A stretch of 64,000 nt of DNA. Source: Sedimentisphaerales bacterium. Lineage in GTDB: Bacteria > Planctomycetota > Phycisphaerae > Sedimentisphaerales > SM23-30. Shown here in pieces: positions 43,801 to 55,479 of the stretch (the stretch's first letter is position 1; each line of letters opens with the position of its first letter). The DNA lies in contig CAXXFK010000006.1 of NCBI GenBank assembly GCA_963663965.2, positions 224,001 through 288,000 on the forward strand. Direction: 5' to 3'. A model generated the notes under the pieces. It ran no database searches. It was not told the origin of the DNA and was given only the letters and a program-made list of their open reading frames with translations. Both the position numbers and the translations under genes were made by a program.

Positions 43801-46040
43801 CAGTATGGGAATGCGCAAAATGTCAAGAGATTCATCTTCATAACTCTGCTGGAATATGCACAAGATGTTTCAATGAATTAGAGGAAACTACCCATCTAAA
43901 AGCTGAAGATATTCGGGAACAGCATTATTATAGCCGTATAGCATTTGAAAATATACCTATTAGGATCCATTGTGAAGAACTTACGGGACAAACTGATGAT
44001 CAAGCCAAGCGGCAAAGATTATTTCTTGGTATTGCAATGGATAATGACGAAGAGATTTTATATGACGAGATTGATGTATTAAGTGTTACAACGACGATGG
44101 AAGTCGGTATAGATGTGGGTACTTTAGAAGCAGTATTATTAGGCAACATGCCGCCTATGAGATACAATTATCAGCAAAGAGTCGGGCGAGCTGGTCGGCG
44201 TGGGCAAGCTTTTCCTATCTCGATGACATTATGTAGGTCTAAAAGTCATGATGCTTATTATTATGAAAACACGAATCAATTAGTATCAGGGAAAGTTCCT
44301 GCACCATTTATTTCGATTGATAGTGTAGAGATTGCCAAGCGCCTGGTAAATAAAGAAGTATTGAGGCGGGCATTCAAAGCTTGTGGAGTTACACATAACC
44401 ATGGTCCTCAATTCCCACCAGATAGTCATGGTGAATTTGGTTATGCTATTAAAAATGGTCAGAAAGATTCAAAATGCTGGGAAGAGACTAAGGAAGACAT
44501 TCGGCTATGGATTGTGAAAAATGAGACAATTATAAAAGAAATAATAAGGTCATTAATTGTTTCTACAAATCTAAAAATACAAGATATTTATGTTGATATA
44601 CTAAAATTGCCAGAAACTATCGATATAATTCTAAAAAACGAATATTTCTCAGCAACTGGTTTGGCAAATAGACTTGCTGAGGCAGCAATTTTACCAATGT
44701 ACGGTATGCCATCGAGGATTAGATCGTTATTTCATGGGAGAAAAAATAACGAGATACAAACAATTGATCGTGATATTTCAGTTGCAATATCTGAGTTTTC
44801 ACCAGGTGTAGCCAGAACAAAAGACAAAGAAATTCACATTTGTAATGGATTTCTTTCGCCAGTTGGAATTGTTAACGGAAAGTTAAGGCATCTTGATGGC
44901 AGCCCAGATCCATTTTGTAAAATAATCAATTATTCATATTGCGATCATTGTGGAAACTTTCTTTTAAATCCCGATCATAGCAACTTGAAATGCCAAAAAT
45001 GTGATTCTATATTGGAGGAATGTATTGCCAAATCCCCTAAAGGATTCACAGTTGGTTTTGATTGGAACAAAAATGGTATTTTATATTTTAAGAAACCCAA
45101 AGATGCGAAACCAGATGATTTGATAATCAATTATCAACCTATTTCTATTGTAGGAGTTGAATCTGATGAAAATAATTCATTTAAATTTAATACTGGCCTA
45201 AGCCTTTTTCACGGTAAACCAGTCTTTAAAATCAATAACAACAATGGAGCCCTCTTTCGTGGTGATATGCTTGATCATGGTAGAATAAAAGAATGGGGGC
45301 TTAAAGAAGAAACATCAGAAGAAGCTTTCTCAATATTCGATAGTAAAGTAACCGATGTTTTAGGAATTATGCCTCAATTTATTGCTGATGGTCTTTGCTT
45401 TGATTGGACAAAAAGCGCAGGAATAAAATCCGCTTTTTATTCACTCGGTTTCATGATTAGAAAGTTAGCCTCAAAAAAATTGGATATTGACGAGCGTGAA
45501 TATGAAATTAGTAGCTTAAATACAACTATTTCAAGTAATGGAAAACGAACGGCCAGATTATTTATTAGTGACTCACTAGTAAACGGTTCAGGTTTTTCTG
45601 AATGGCTTCACGCCAATTACGAGGGTATATTGAGACAAATTACTTGCGTAGAGAAAAGTTCTTTAAGTATTAGTCATCGTGATTGCTTAACTTCATGCTA
45701 TAATTGCTTGTGCAGTTATGACAATATGCCATATCATGCATTACTAGATTGGAGATTATCTATAAGTTTAGCAAAATGTTTGTATGATAATAAATATAAA
45801 TGTGGACTAGATGGCGAATTTGAACATGAACTTGAAATTTATAGGACTCAAATAAATGACCTTATTGTAAAATTTGTTGATAGCTATTCAAAATTAGAAG
45901 CAAAAATGTATGGTAGGTTATCAGGAATGGCTTTCAGAAGTAAAAAATATGATGCAGATGTTATAGTTACTCATCCATTTTGGGATAAAGAAAATGGTAA
46001 TGAATGCGGGATACTTAAAGAAGCAATTGAAAAGTGTAAT
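40809..46040 (+). CDS. DEAD/DEAH helicase with DUF1998 (DruE-like), C-terminus cut by IS3
   Basis: AGTGSGKTESF, YPMNALVEDQ, DELHLYRG, VFSDSR, TTTMEVGIDVG, QQRVGRAGRR, CxxSCYxCL. Confidence 0.85.
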
Positions 46041-47362
46041 TGTACCCCTCCCCATTGTCTAGACAAAAATATTGACTTTCTTAGATGGAGTTATCGCCAC
46101 GGTGGGGGCTGTCGCCCCGGAAGGAGCCCGGAGGGCGACTGGAGGGGCGACAGCCCCGGCGAACACCTCGGCCGGGGTAAGGTATCCCAGGGCCTCGTGC
46201 AGCCGTTCATGATTGTAAAACTCAAAATAGCGGCCCAGGCCTAACACCGCCTCGGCCACCGTCTGGTAATCTCGCAGATAGACCTCCTCCACCTTGACCG
46301 AACGCCATAACCGTTCGACAAATATGTTGTCAAATACCCGGCCCCGGCCATCCATGCTGATTAAAATCCCGGCATCTTTCAAGGGCCGGATAAAATCCAC
46401 TGATGTAAATTGGCTGCCCTGATCCGTATTGAAGATCTCCGGGGTGCCCTGGCCCAGCGCCTGCTCCAACGCCGATACGCAAAAATCGGCCTCCAGCGTG
46501 ATCGAAACTTCCCAGCTTAACACATAACGGCTGAACCAATCCATGACCGCCGTTAAGTACACCCAGCCCTGAGACATGCGGATATAGGTAATATCGGTCG
46601 ACCAGACCTGGTTCGGCCGGGTAACCACCACCCCATCAAGCAGGTAGGGATAAATCTTGTGGGCCGGGTCCGGTTGGCTCAAATGCCGCTTAACGCGCGG
46701 ATAAATCGCTTCTAAGCCCATCAGCCGGAGCAAACGGCGCACGCGCTTCGGATTGACGATGTGGCCTTGACGACGCAGCCACTGCGTCATCTTGTCAACC
46801 CCGTAACAAGGGGTTTTGAGGTATTGTTCATCCAATAGCCGCATCAGACTCTCATGGTACTCCGTGTCCCGGCAGGGACGATAATAGTAACTACTGCGGG
46901 CCAGGCCCAGCAGTTCACACTGACGATCGATCGGAATCCGGGGATGGCCCGGCTCTATCGCCAGGCGCTTCTGCTCAAGTGTCAAGCCCGGATTTTTTTT
47001 TAAGCCAGTCCAACTCCATCGTGAGTTGGCCGATCTGCTGATATAACTGATCCACCAAAGCCTGCTGCTCGCGCTGATCCTGGTGGCGCCTCAGAGAAAA
47101 GATCTCCGGCAAGGCATTCAAAAGCTCCTTTTTCCACTGGGTAACCTGAGTCGGGTGTACCTGGTAAACCTTGGCCAACTCCGCCAGCGTCTTGTCGCCC
47201 TTCAGGGCGGCCAGGGCCACTTTCGCCTTAAACTGGGCACTGTGATTTCGCCGTTTGCCTTTCATTAAAACTGTCTCCTGAATACGAATTATTCAATCGG
47301 TTCAGGCGGCAATTCCATCTAAAAATCACCGTTTTTTTGTCCAGTTTTTGGGGAGTATTATA
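46041..47362 (-). mobile_element. IS3 family element, second copy, inverted
   Basis: OrfA and OrfB translations are identical to the first copy; same 1322-bp length; flanks AAT and TTT give no duplication. Confidence 0.95.
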
Positions 47363-47482
47363 TTTTTCCTTATTGCAAGCCTTATTTCTGAGCCGATAGC
47401 TTTTGCCGGTAATCTGGATGATTTCGGCGTGGTGCAGGAAGCGGTCCAGGATAGCGCTGGCGCTGGGGACATCACCCAGCAG
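47363..47482 (-). pseudogene. istB: Displaced 3' end of IS21 istB
   Basis: LLGDVPSASAILDRFLHHAEIIQITGKSYRLR continues the WGKLLG at ~50900. Confidence 0.85.
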
Positions 47483-47503
47483 GGTAGTGTCAAGAATTTT
47501 TCG

Positions 47504-49439
47504 GTAGCGCCAGGTAACTGGCAAGGAGTAGCGGATGCAAGAGCCGTACAATGAAGGTTTAGCAAACCACATTGGCCCCGAGTCATGTGGGCATACCGGT
47601 AACGGTATGCTTGAAGCGTTGACAGGGGAAGATGCGGGCTGGGTATTGAGCCGCGTAAGTTTGTACATTATAGAACGGAGTGCCGACGCTGTCGAAAATG
47701 TCGGAAGGCAACACCGGATGTCTTATTATCGCGAGAGACATTCCGGACTCCGCGCGGTCGAAGACCCCAGGCACGCATGGACACTTCTTGCACAGGAACT
47801 GGGAGATCCCTTGTTTGGCCTCAGGACACATTATCCTGTGGTCCGCACAGAAAATCCAATTGGAGTACTGCTGTGATGAACGAACAGGGGAAGTCGGACA
47901 GGCCCATAGTACCTAAGAAGTTCTCGAACAAAGAGGCTGGTTGCCATGCCTTGGCGGAGAGGATAGAGGGAAGGGGCCTGACCAAGGGCAATTCGTCTCT
48001 ACTGCACAAGTGCCGGACACCGGGCCGGGAAAGCTTGCCAAACGCATTAGAACGAATACGACAGGCAGCCACCCGGGATAAACAGCTAAAGTTTACTTCC
48101 CTGTGGCATCATGTCTATCATGTCGACCACCTGAGAGAAGAATTCTATCGCATTAAGCGGCAGGCTTCCCCGGGTGTGGACGACCAGACATGGCAAGAGT
48201 ATGAGGCCGGGTTAGAGAACAATCTCAATAGCCTGGCAGAACGACTGAGAAAGGGGGCATATCGGGCAAAACCGGTAAGGCGGGTATTCATCCCCAAACC
48301 GGATGGACGCCAGCGTCCCATTGGTATTACTACCATTGAGGATAAAATCGTCCAGCGTAGCACGACTACGGTATTGAACGCTATTTATGAGGCTGACTTC
48401 AAAGGCTTCTCCTATGGCTTTCGTCCCGGTCGCAGTGCTCACAACGCCTTAGATGCTCTCTATGTCGGCATACTCAAGCGTAAGATAAACTGGGTACTCG
48501 ACGCTGACATCAGCGGCTTCTTTGATGCCATCGATCACGATTGGCTGATTAGATTCGTCGAGCACCGAATCGGAGACCCGCGAGTAGTACGGCATATCAA
48601 GAAATGGTTGAATGCTGGAGTCGTGGAAGAAGACAAACTTCTGCAGATCAAGGAAGGCACCCCGCAAGGTGGGAGCATATCGCCATTGCTGGCGAATATC
48701 TACCTTCATTATGTATTTGATCTGTGGGCTGACCAATGGCGAAAGCGTAACGCCAAAGGGCATATGATTATCGTTCGATATGCTGACGATATCGTTGTCG
48801 GATTCCAATATCAATCGGATGCCAATAGATTTCATACGGACCTGCAGAATCGATTTGGCAAGTTCAAGTTGAAGCTTCATCCGGCCAAAACCCGGCTCAT
48901 TCAGTTCGGCCGCTATGCGACAGAACGAAGGACTACTCAAGGTAAAGGCAAGCCTGAGACATTCGACTTTCTTGGCTTTACGCACATCTGTTCCAAGTCA
49001 AGTAAAGGTCGGTTTATGTTGCTCCGGTTGCCGATGAGAAAGCGGGTGCAGGCCAAGCTAAAGGAAATCAAGGAACAGCTCAAATACCGGCGCTATACCT
49101 CGATTCCGGAGATGGGCCAGTGGCTTCACTCTGTTATCAGCGGCTGGTACCGATACTACGCCGTTCCTAATACATCTCGCTATCTTGGCACCTTTCGCCG
49201 TAGGGTCGCCTGGCTTTGGTTCAGAGCGTTAAGAAGACGCAGTCAACGAAGCCGCATGACCTGGAGGCGAATGTACCAACTGATAGCAAGATGGCTTCCG
49301 CAGCCTAAAATTCTGCATCCGTACCCCCAGGCACGCTTACAAGCTGCTCGTTATGACCCGAGGTAGGAGCCGTATGCGGTAGTTCCGCTCGTACGGATCT
49401 GTGCGGGGGGCTGGGAGTAATCCCAGTCCCTACCGCGAC
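47504..49439 (+). mobile_element. Group II intron
   Basis: 5' GTAGCG; domain V GAGCCGTATGCGGTAGTTCCGCTCGTACGGATCT at 49367; domain VI ending ACCGCGAC; encodes RT. Confidence 0.9.
47876..49366 (+). CDS. ltrA: Group II intron reverse transcriptase/maturase, no endonuclease domain (start uncertain)
   Basis: PGVD, IPKPDGRQRPIGI, SYGFRPGR, GTPQGGSISPLLANIYL, RYADD, FDFLGF. Confidence 0.92.
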   Translation: MNEQGKSDRPIVPKKFSNKEAGCHALAERIEGRGLTKGNSSLLHKCRTPGRESLPNALERIRQAATRDKQLKFTSLWHHVYHVDHLREEFYRIKRQASPGVDDQTWQEYEAGLENNLNSLAERLRKGAYRAKPVRRVFIPKPDGRQRPIGITTIEDKIVQRSTTTVLNAIYEADFKGFSYGFRPGRSAHNALDALYVGILKRKINWVLDADISGFFDAIDHDWLIRFVEHRIGDPRVVRHIKKWLNAGVVEEDKLLQIKEGTPQGGSISPLLANIYLHYVFDLWADQWRKRNAKGHMIIVRYADDIVVGFQYQSDANRFHTDLQNRFGKFKLKLHPAKTRLIQFGRYATERRTTQGKGKPETFDFLGFTHICSKSSKGRFMLLRLPMRKRVQAKLKEIKEQLKYRRYTSIPEMGQWLHSVISGWYRYYAVPNTSRYLGTFRRRVAWLWFRALRRRSQRSRMTWRRMYQLIARWLPQPKILHPYPQARLQAARYDPR

Positions 49440-49543
49440 CACATTTTTTATTAGTCTTTCATCTGGTAGAGTCTTTCAATGGAGGAGGGAGGGACAACTC
49501 CCTGCCCTGCCTCCCCGAGGGGAGGCAAAAATTTATCGGACGA

Positions 49544-50800
49544 TCATGCCATGACCACCTCCTCTTTTTCAGCTTTTTTCTCCTTCTCCAACTCATACAA
49601 ATGATCCATATTCAAATAACGCCTCGTACCCCATTGGGTGCCGGCAATATGTCTCAGGCGGGCCGTGGCCAGCATCAGGGCCGAGTGACCATCCGGAAAA
49701 TTGCCCACCACGCGCGTACGACGACGAATCTCACGCATGATCCGCTCCAGTGGATTATTGGTTCGCAACTGCCGCCAGTGCTTGTCGGGATATTGATAGT
49801 AAGTGAGTGTTTCGAGATAGCTTTCCTGGACCAATTCAGCGGCCTTGCCCAGTTTCATCTCCCGCAATTTGACAATCACTTGCTCGGCCTTCTGGATCGC
49901 CGCCTGGCGGTCTTCCTGGGCATGGATGGCCTTGAGCATGGCCGCTACCTCTCGCACCTTCTTGCGCGGCACATGACTGAACACGTTGCGATACCAGTGG
50001 ACCGTGCAGCGCTGCCAGTCGGCCTCCGGAAAAACCTCGGCCAGCGCGTCCACCAGACCCAGGCATTTGTCGGAAACAAACAGGCGAACGCCCTGCAGGC
50101 CGCGGCGCTTTAAATCGCGTAAGAAACCGCCCCAACCGGCTTTATCCTCTTTGGCGCCCTCGCAGGAACCCAGCACTTCGCGATAGCCCTCCTGATCGAC
50201 GGCAATGGCCACCAGAATCGAAACATTCTTGACTTCGCCGCCCCAGCAACGTTTCAAAACGATGCCGTCCAGATAGACATAGGGATACGACCCTTCCAGT
50301 TTGCGGTTGCGCCATTGGTCGATCTGTTGATAGACTTTCTGATTCAGATTGCTGATGGTGCCCGCACTGACACGGGCGCCCCACAGGCTTTCGGCGATGT
50401 CTTCGATACGCCGGACCGAAACGCCGGCCAGATACATCTCGATCAGGGCCTCTTCTACCGAAGACTCCCGGCGTTTATAGCGCTCGATGATGGCGGTTTC
50501 AAAGGTCGTTTTTCGCAGCTTGGGCATCTTCAAATTCACTTCGCCGGTCGTCGTATGAAACTTACGCGGATAATAGCCCGCCCGGGTATCGGTGCGGGCC
50601 TGGGTATGTTCATAACGCTGGGCGTTGCAGAGCTGGTCCGCCTCGGCGTCCAGCAGGGCATTGAGCGTGTCTTCCACACTCTGGCGCACCATCTGGCCCA
50701 ACTGATCCTTCATCTGGGATTGGTCGATTTTTAAAATTTGGTTCAAGTTTCTAACGTCACTGGTCGATTCTTCTGTTTGACTCATAGTCAGTCCTTTCAT
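49544..50800 (-). CDS. IS256 family transposase
   Basis: MYLAGVSVRRI, YVYLDG, VSDKCLGL, QRCTVHWYRN, TNNPLERIMREIRRR. Confidence 0.95.
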   Translation of the reverse strand: MKGLTMSQTEESTSDVRNLNQILKIDQSQMKDQLGQMVRQSVEDTLNALLDAEADQLCNAQRYEHTQARTDTRAGYYPRKFHTTTGEVNLKMPKLRKTTFETAIIERYKRRESSVEEALIEMYLAGVSVRRIEDIAESLWGARVSAGTISNLNQKVYQQIDQWRNRKLEGSYPYVYLDGIVLKRCWGGEVKNVSILVAIAVDQEGYREVLGSCEGAKEDKAGWGGFLRDLKRRGLQGVRLFVSDKCLGLVDALAEVFPEADWQRCTVHWYRNVFSHVPRKKVREVAAMLKAIHAQEDRQAAIQKAEQVIVKLREMKLGKAAELVQESYLETLTYYQYPDKHWRQLRTNNPLERIMREIRRRTRVVGNFPDGHSALMLATARLRHIAGTQWGTRRYLNMDHLYELEKEKKAEKEEVVMA

Positions 50801-50897
50801 TTGGTGGTAGGTTTCGGTTTCAAAAACTTCATCGACCAGATGAAGGACTGTTTTTACGGTGTCCTATAATATGTGCGAAAAATATTTTACCTTATCC

Positions 50898-51525
50898 CCA
50901 GCAGTTTGCCCCAGTCTTCCAGGGGACGATTGGAAGTCATCACCGTCGAACGCAGTTCATAGCGCCGCATGATCACCTCAAAGAGATATTCCCCGGATCG
51001 TCTGGGCAACTGCTTCATGCCCATATCGTCAATGATCAGCAGGTCCGGTTTCAGGTATTTGGCCAGCGCTTTTTCCAATCCGCCCAGGGCCTCATCCTGC
51101 AGGAAGTCGCGGACCACATCGAATACCGAGCGGTACTTGACCACAAATCCGGTTTTAATGGCCTGATAGCCCAACGCCTGGGCCAGATGACTCTTGCCGG
51201 TGCCCGGCGGCCCCAAGAACAGCACATCGCGCCGTTCGCGCAGGAACCGGCAGCTGGCCAGATCGTAAATCTGTTTTTGTTTGACGGAGGGATTGAACTG
51301 CCAGTCGAAATCCTCCAGCGTTTTCAGTTCCCGAAAGGCCGCGGTCTTGACCCGCCGCTGGATCTGCCGATCCTGACGCACCAGCAGTTCATCTTGCAGG
51401 ATCAATTCCAGGAAGTCCTGGTGAGATAACCGGTTGCCGGCCGCTTCCTGCAGCCGGATCTCCAGCGAGTCGGCCAGTCCGGACAGGCGCAGGCGTTTCA
51501 GCGCGGTTTGGATCGCATCATTCAT
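50898..51525 (-). pseudogene. istB: IS21 helper ATPase IstB, interrupted
   Basis: GPPGTGKSHLA, LLIIDDMG, TSNRPLEDW. Confidence 0.9.
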
Positions 51526-51693
51526 ACGAAGGTCTCCTTGTGATTGAGATAAAATAAAAGGTGCTTCACGCCGGGCTTTGCCATCCATACAGCAAAGAGG
51601 CTGAAAAGAGATAGGGGGTGTGGGGGAAAGTGTCCCCCACGATCAAAACAGTTTTTCTTCCTTAAAATTAAAACCATGATATACTCCAAGAAC

Positions 51694-53229
51694 TTAACCG
51701 TGAGCCGCCGGAACCGACGGCAGGCATTGATCGTATTCACTCAATGGGCGGATAATGGGATGTTCTTCGATAAAATCAAATTGCGGCTGTTCAATCCCTG
51801 TTCCGCGTTTTAACAGGTCACGCAAAGTCCGCAGGCGAAACGCTCCATGTGTCAGGGCAATCCGGCAGGCCTGGTTAATCGCCGGGTGGTCATACTGCTT
51901 GCTCAGGGACAACAGGCCCATGAGCGCCCGAACGGCCGTGATCCCGCGGAACTCCAGCAGAGCCTCGGCCCAGGCCAGGGTTTCCGGCCCGATGTACCGG
52001 ACTTTGGTCAGTAACCAGGTGGATCCTTTTTCCACCCCCGAGCGTTTGCGTGCGTCGATGTGGCGATCATTGGTCTGGAACTTCCCGGCCTCCACCTGGG
52101 CATGCGTCGCGATCGATTCCATGCGATGGTTGTAGATCCGTACCACCCGGCCGTCCCAGCGGGCCCAGACCGGATGCCCCAGATACTCCGGTGGCACGGA
52201 ATAGTAGGCTTTGGCGACTTCCACATGGCCGTCGCGATGCACCCGGCGTTGAGACTCTTGGAATGAAGGGAAATGACCGGACGGTAAGGGCAGCAAAGCC
52301 GGCTTGTCGGCCTGGTCAAAGATCTGGCGTACCTGTTGACGCATCGTGCCGTGAATCCGGGTATCGGCCACCCGCACTTCCCAATCCTGTAAAAAACGGT
52401 TCTGTTCGGCCAGCGAACTAAAGATCCGGCCCTTCAAGGCGTTGTCCTGCACATATTTGATTCCGCTTTCCACCTTGCCTTTGTGACGGGGTGTGTAAGG
52501 CCTGGCCGGCAGAATGACCGTCCGGTAATGGACACAAAACGATTGCAGTTTGGGATTCAGTTCCGGATCGTACCAGTCGGCCCGGGTGACCGCTGCCTTC
52601 AAATTGTCGATAACCAGGGTTTGAGGCACACCCCCAAAATGCCAGAAGGCGTTCTCCAGACAGCGTAGAAAACTCTCGGTGGTCTGGTGGAAGACCGACT
52701 CACTGTAGGCTTTACGCGAATGACTTAAAACCATGCGGAAGACATAAGTTCTTTTGCGTTTGCCATTGAGCCAGACCGGCGCGCCGGTGCCAAAATCGAC
52801 TTGCGCTTCCTGGCCCGGCGGGCATTCCATCCGCCGATAGGGCAAAGGGCGGGTCTGGCCCAGGCGCCGCACAAACCGCTTGACACTGTCATAGCTGCCA
52901 GTGAATCCCTGCTCGCTTTGCAGATCCTGAAAGATCCGTTGTCCGGACAACCCCTGACCGAGTTTGTCGCAGATAATCTGACGATAGGGTTCGCACTGGC
53001 TCTGGCGGCCTGCCGACCCGGGGGGCGAAATGGTCGATTTTGGCCCACCGCCGATCTCGGACCCGGGGGGCACAATGGCCGATTTTGACTGTTCACGCAC
53101 CAATCGGACATAGCGACTGACCGTCTGGCGATGGATCCCCAGTCGGCGAGCCACCTCGCGCTGGGAAAACCCTTGTTCACAAAGAGTTATGATCTTATTC
53201 GTCTGTACCATGCTGATCTGATTGGCCAT
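51694..53229 (-). CDS. istA: IS21 transposase IstA
   Basis: N-terminal HTH, QVDFG, IDNLKAAV, PRHKGKVE, YSVP. Confidence 0.95.
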   Translation of the reverse strand: MANQISMVQTNKIITLCEQGFSQREVARRLGIHRQTVSRYVRLVREQSKSAIVPPGSEIGGGPKSTISPPGSAGRQSQCEPYRQIICDKLGQGLSGQRIFQDLQSEQGFTGSYDSVKRFVRRLGQTRPLPYRRMECPPGQEAQVDFGTGAPVWLNGKRKRTYVFRMVLSHSRKAYSESVFHQTTESFLRCLENAFWHFGGVPQTLVIDNLKAAVTRADWYDPELNPKLQSFCVHYRTVILPARPYTPRHKGKVESGIKYVQDNALKGRIFSSLAEQNRFLQDWEVRVADTRIHGTMRQQVRQIFDQADKPALLPLPSGHFPSFQESQRRVHRDGHVEVAKAYYSVPPEYLGHPVWARWDGRVVRIYNHRMESIATHAQVEAGKFQTNDRHIDARKRSGVEKGSTWLLTKVRYIGPETLAWAEALLEFRGITAVRALMGLLSLSKQYDHPAINQACRIALTHGAFRLRTLRDLLKRGTGIEQPQFDFIEEHPIIRPLSEYDQCLPSVPAAHG

Positions 53230-53334
53230 GTCAAGCTCCCGTTTTTAGGTAACTTTAACAGACCAATTAGCCTTTCTTCAACATGGTCGATTTTAAACTG
53301 CCCCCTCGTGGTCGATTTTAACCGCCCCTTGACA

Positions 53335-54458
53335 TCTCACTGACGCAGAACGGAAAGAGCTGCTTGAAGTTGTTACAAAACTCAAGGGCACCTCGCAAAA
53401 AGTCAAACGGGCTCAAATCTTGCTTAAGGCGGATGCGGACGGCCCCAACTGGTCCTGCAATCAAATTGCCGACGCTTTTTTGTGTCGTCTCAGGACCGTA
53501 ACCAAAGTTCGTAAATCGCTGGTAGAAAGAGGGTTTGACATCACATTGAACGGTAAGCAGCGTGACACGCCGCCTCGCGCCAAGCTGCTGGATGGCGAGC
53601 AGGAGGCAAAGATCATTGCCCTGAGGCTGAGCGATCCGCCGGAAGGTTACAGTAACTGGTCGTTGCGTTTGATCGCCGACAAAGCGGTGGAATTGGGAAT
53701 CGTAGAATCCATCAGTCACACCACCGTTGCCACGACGCTTAAAAAAATGAAATAACGAACCGAAAGATACAGTACTGGGTGATACCGCCGGCGCAAAATA
53801 GTGAATTTGTCGCGTGCATGGAAGATGTCCTGAATGTCTATTCCCTGCCGTATGACCCGGATTTTCCGGCGCTCTGCATGGATGAACAGCCGGTGCAATT
53901 GCTCAAGGAAACTCGCACTCCGATGGCCGCGACCTTGCATCATCCTCGTCGAGTGGACTATGAATACGAACGTGCCGGAACCGCCAGCCTATTCATGTTC
54001 ACAGAACCGAAATCCGGCTGGCGTGGGGTGAGTGCTCGTCCACAACGGAAAAAAGCTGACTGGGCCGTTGAAATGGCAGAGTTGCTTGATGGCCGCTATG
54101 CCCATGCGAAACGAGTGCTTCTGGTGTGCGACAATTTGAATACGCATACCAGGGGAGCTTTTTACGAGGTTTTTCCTCCGGAGCAGGCGCGCCGGTATGT
54201 GGAAAAAATTGAATTTCATTACACGCCCAAGCATGGCAGTTGGCTCAATGTGGCCGAAAATGAACTGAGTGCGATGACCCGGCAATGTCTGAAGGATCGA
54301 AAAATGACCGACATGGATAGGCTGAAAAAAGAGACGAAAGCATGGGCTACCCACTCCAACGAAAAGCAACGAGGCGTTAACTGGCAATTTAAAGTGGAAG
54401 ATGCCAGGTGTAAATTGAGATCACTATATCCGAATATTTAATCTTTACAGAACACTAG
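53335..54458 (+). mobile_element. IS630 family element, 5'-truncated, with probable programmed frameshift
   Basis: LTDAERKEL...RAQILLKAD...WSLRL HTH ORF, A7 slip at ~53741, DDE ORF (CMDE, DNLNTH, TPKHGSWLNVAE); ends in CACTAG. Confidence 0.85.
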
Positions 54459-54914
54459 ACTTCCTGTACCTAATGAACAACTAATTTATATTATATTTAT
54501 TTTATTAATCAAGAAATTAATTCGTAATGCAGAGATAGGATATAACTTATCACGGGAATCCTGAAAAGGGAAATTATTAAAATATAAATATATTAGCAGC
54601 TTGACCTGTTAGGCGTATGGGGGGTGTATACAGTATACAAAAACGCCATAAATTGCTTGAAAATGTATACATTTGAGCGTAAAATAAAAATAGATTAATT
54701 GCGCATATGATCGTGTAAGATCATTGATTACAAGTGGATATGTAATTGCTGCTCTGTGCCTGGGAGCGCTTGTGGTCCTGGGGGTCGGGGGTTCGAGGCC
54801 CGGACCGGGCCGACTTTGAAGATGATTTCGGGTTTGGACATATTCCGCTGATTCCTCCTATCGATTGGTTCTACCTATCAGTACGATAGACTAAACGATT
54901 GTACTATATCAAGC

Positions 54915-55180
54915 TTGTGCTGATGCTGGAACCTTTACGGCCAAAGCAGGCAGGCGGATAACAGCGCCCGGTAACGCGGCGCTGGATAAGGACCAGCCGG
55001 ACTGAGGCCGGGGAGTATGGAATCAGCATCACCGGACACACTCCCATCGCAATGCAAGGGTCAACGGAAACAGACCATGGATCAGTTCGATTGATATCAG
55101 GAAGAATAAGCTGGTTGCGTAAGCAGGTGTAAGGAGGGCGCGGAGAAACCATTGGGGAGCAGCCTGGCTGATCAAGCCTT
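54915..55180 (+). ncRNA. Candidate structured non-coding RNA, unassigned
   Basis: TGATGCTG/CAGCATCA closing stem enclosing CAGCGCC..GTAA..GGCGCTG and CCGG..CCGG hairpins; further GNRA-like loops downstream. Confidence 0.3.
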
Positions 55181-55479
55181 GCGGTGGATTTGGATTGCCG
55201 GCCGAAATAGGTGCGTTCCGGGCGGGAAAAGGCCAAATTCAGATAGATCGGTTCTGTAGTCAAAACCATGGAAACCATCAGGGCTTGGCAGGATGTGAGA
55301 GTCAGGAAATATCCGGTTACAGGCAAAATGGATTCATTCGTTTAATCGCAGGAAGGATCTTTCCTTTTAACTAAGACTTCAAAGTATTTAAAGCTTATGG
55401 TTGATACAGGTTGTGTGTAGCTTTATTTTGTGAGTATTGGGATGCCATCGATAGCTATTTATAGGTCCGTGATTTCATC

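Larger units (their letters stand above)
47483..50897 (-). mobile_element. IS256 family element inserted in istB, carrying a group II intron in its right TIR
   Basis: Ends GGTAGTGTCAAGAATTTTTCG|CACAT and GGATAAGGTAAAATATTTTCGCACAT (minus strand); target duplication (C)CCAGCAG at 47475-47482 and 50897-50904. Confidence 0.88.
47363..53334 (-). mobile_element. IS21 family element; left end at 53334, right end missing
   Basis: TG end with two GGTCGATTTTAA repeats within 53285-53334; istA-istB gene order. Confidence 0.85.

Noticed and set aside
46041..46244. Final residues of the 1811-aa helicase ORF
   Set aside because: Read-through into inverted IS3 sequence.
47777..49366. Retron or DGR reverse transcriptase
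   Set aside because: Domain V/VI RNA and a maturase region identify a group II intron; no TR/VR pair or msr-msd seen.
54904..55326. 140-aa minus-strand ORF
   Set aside because: No RBS or motif, and composition is not protein-like.
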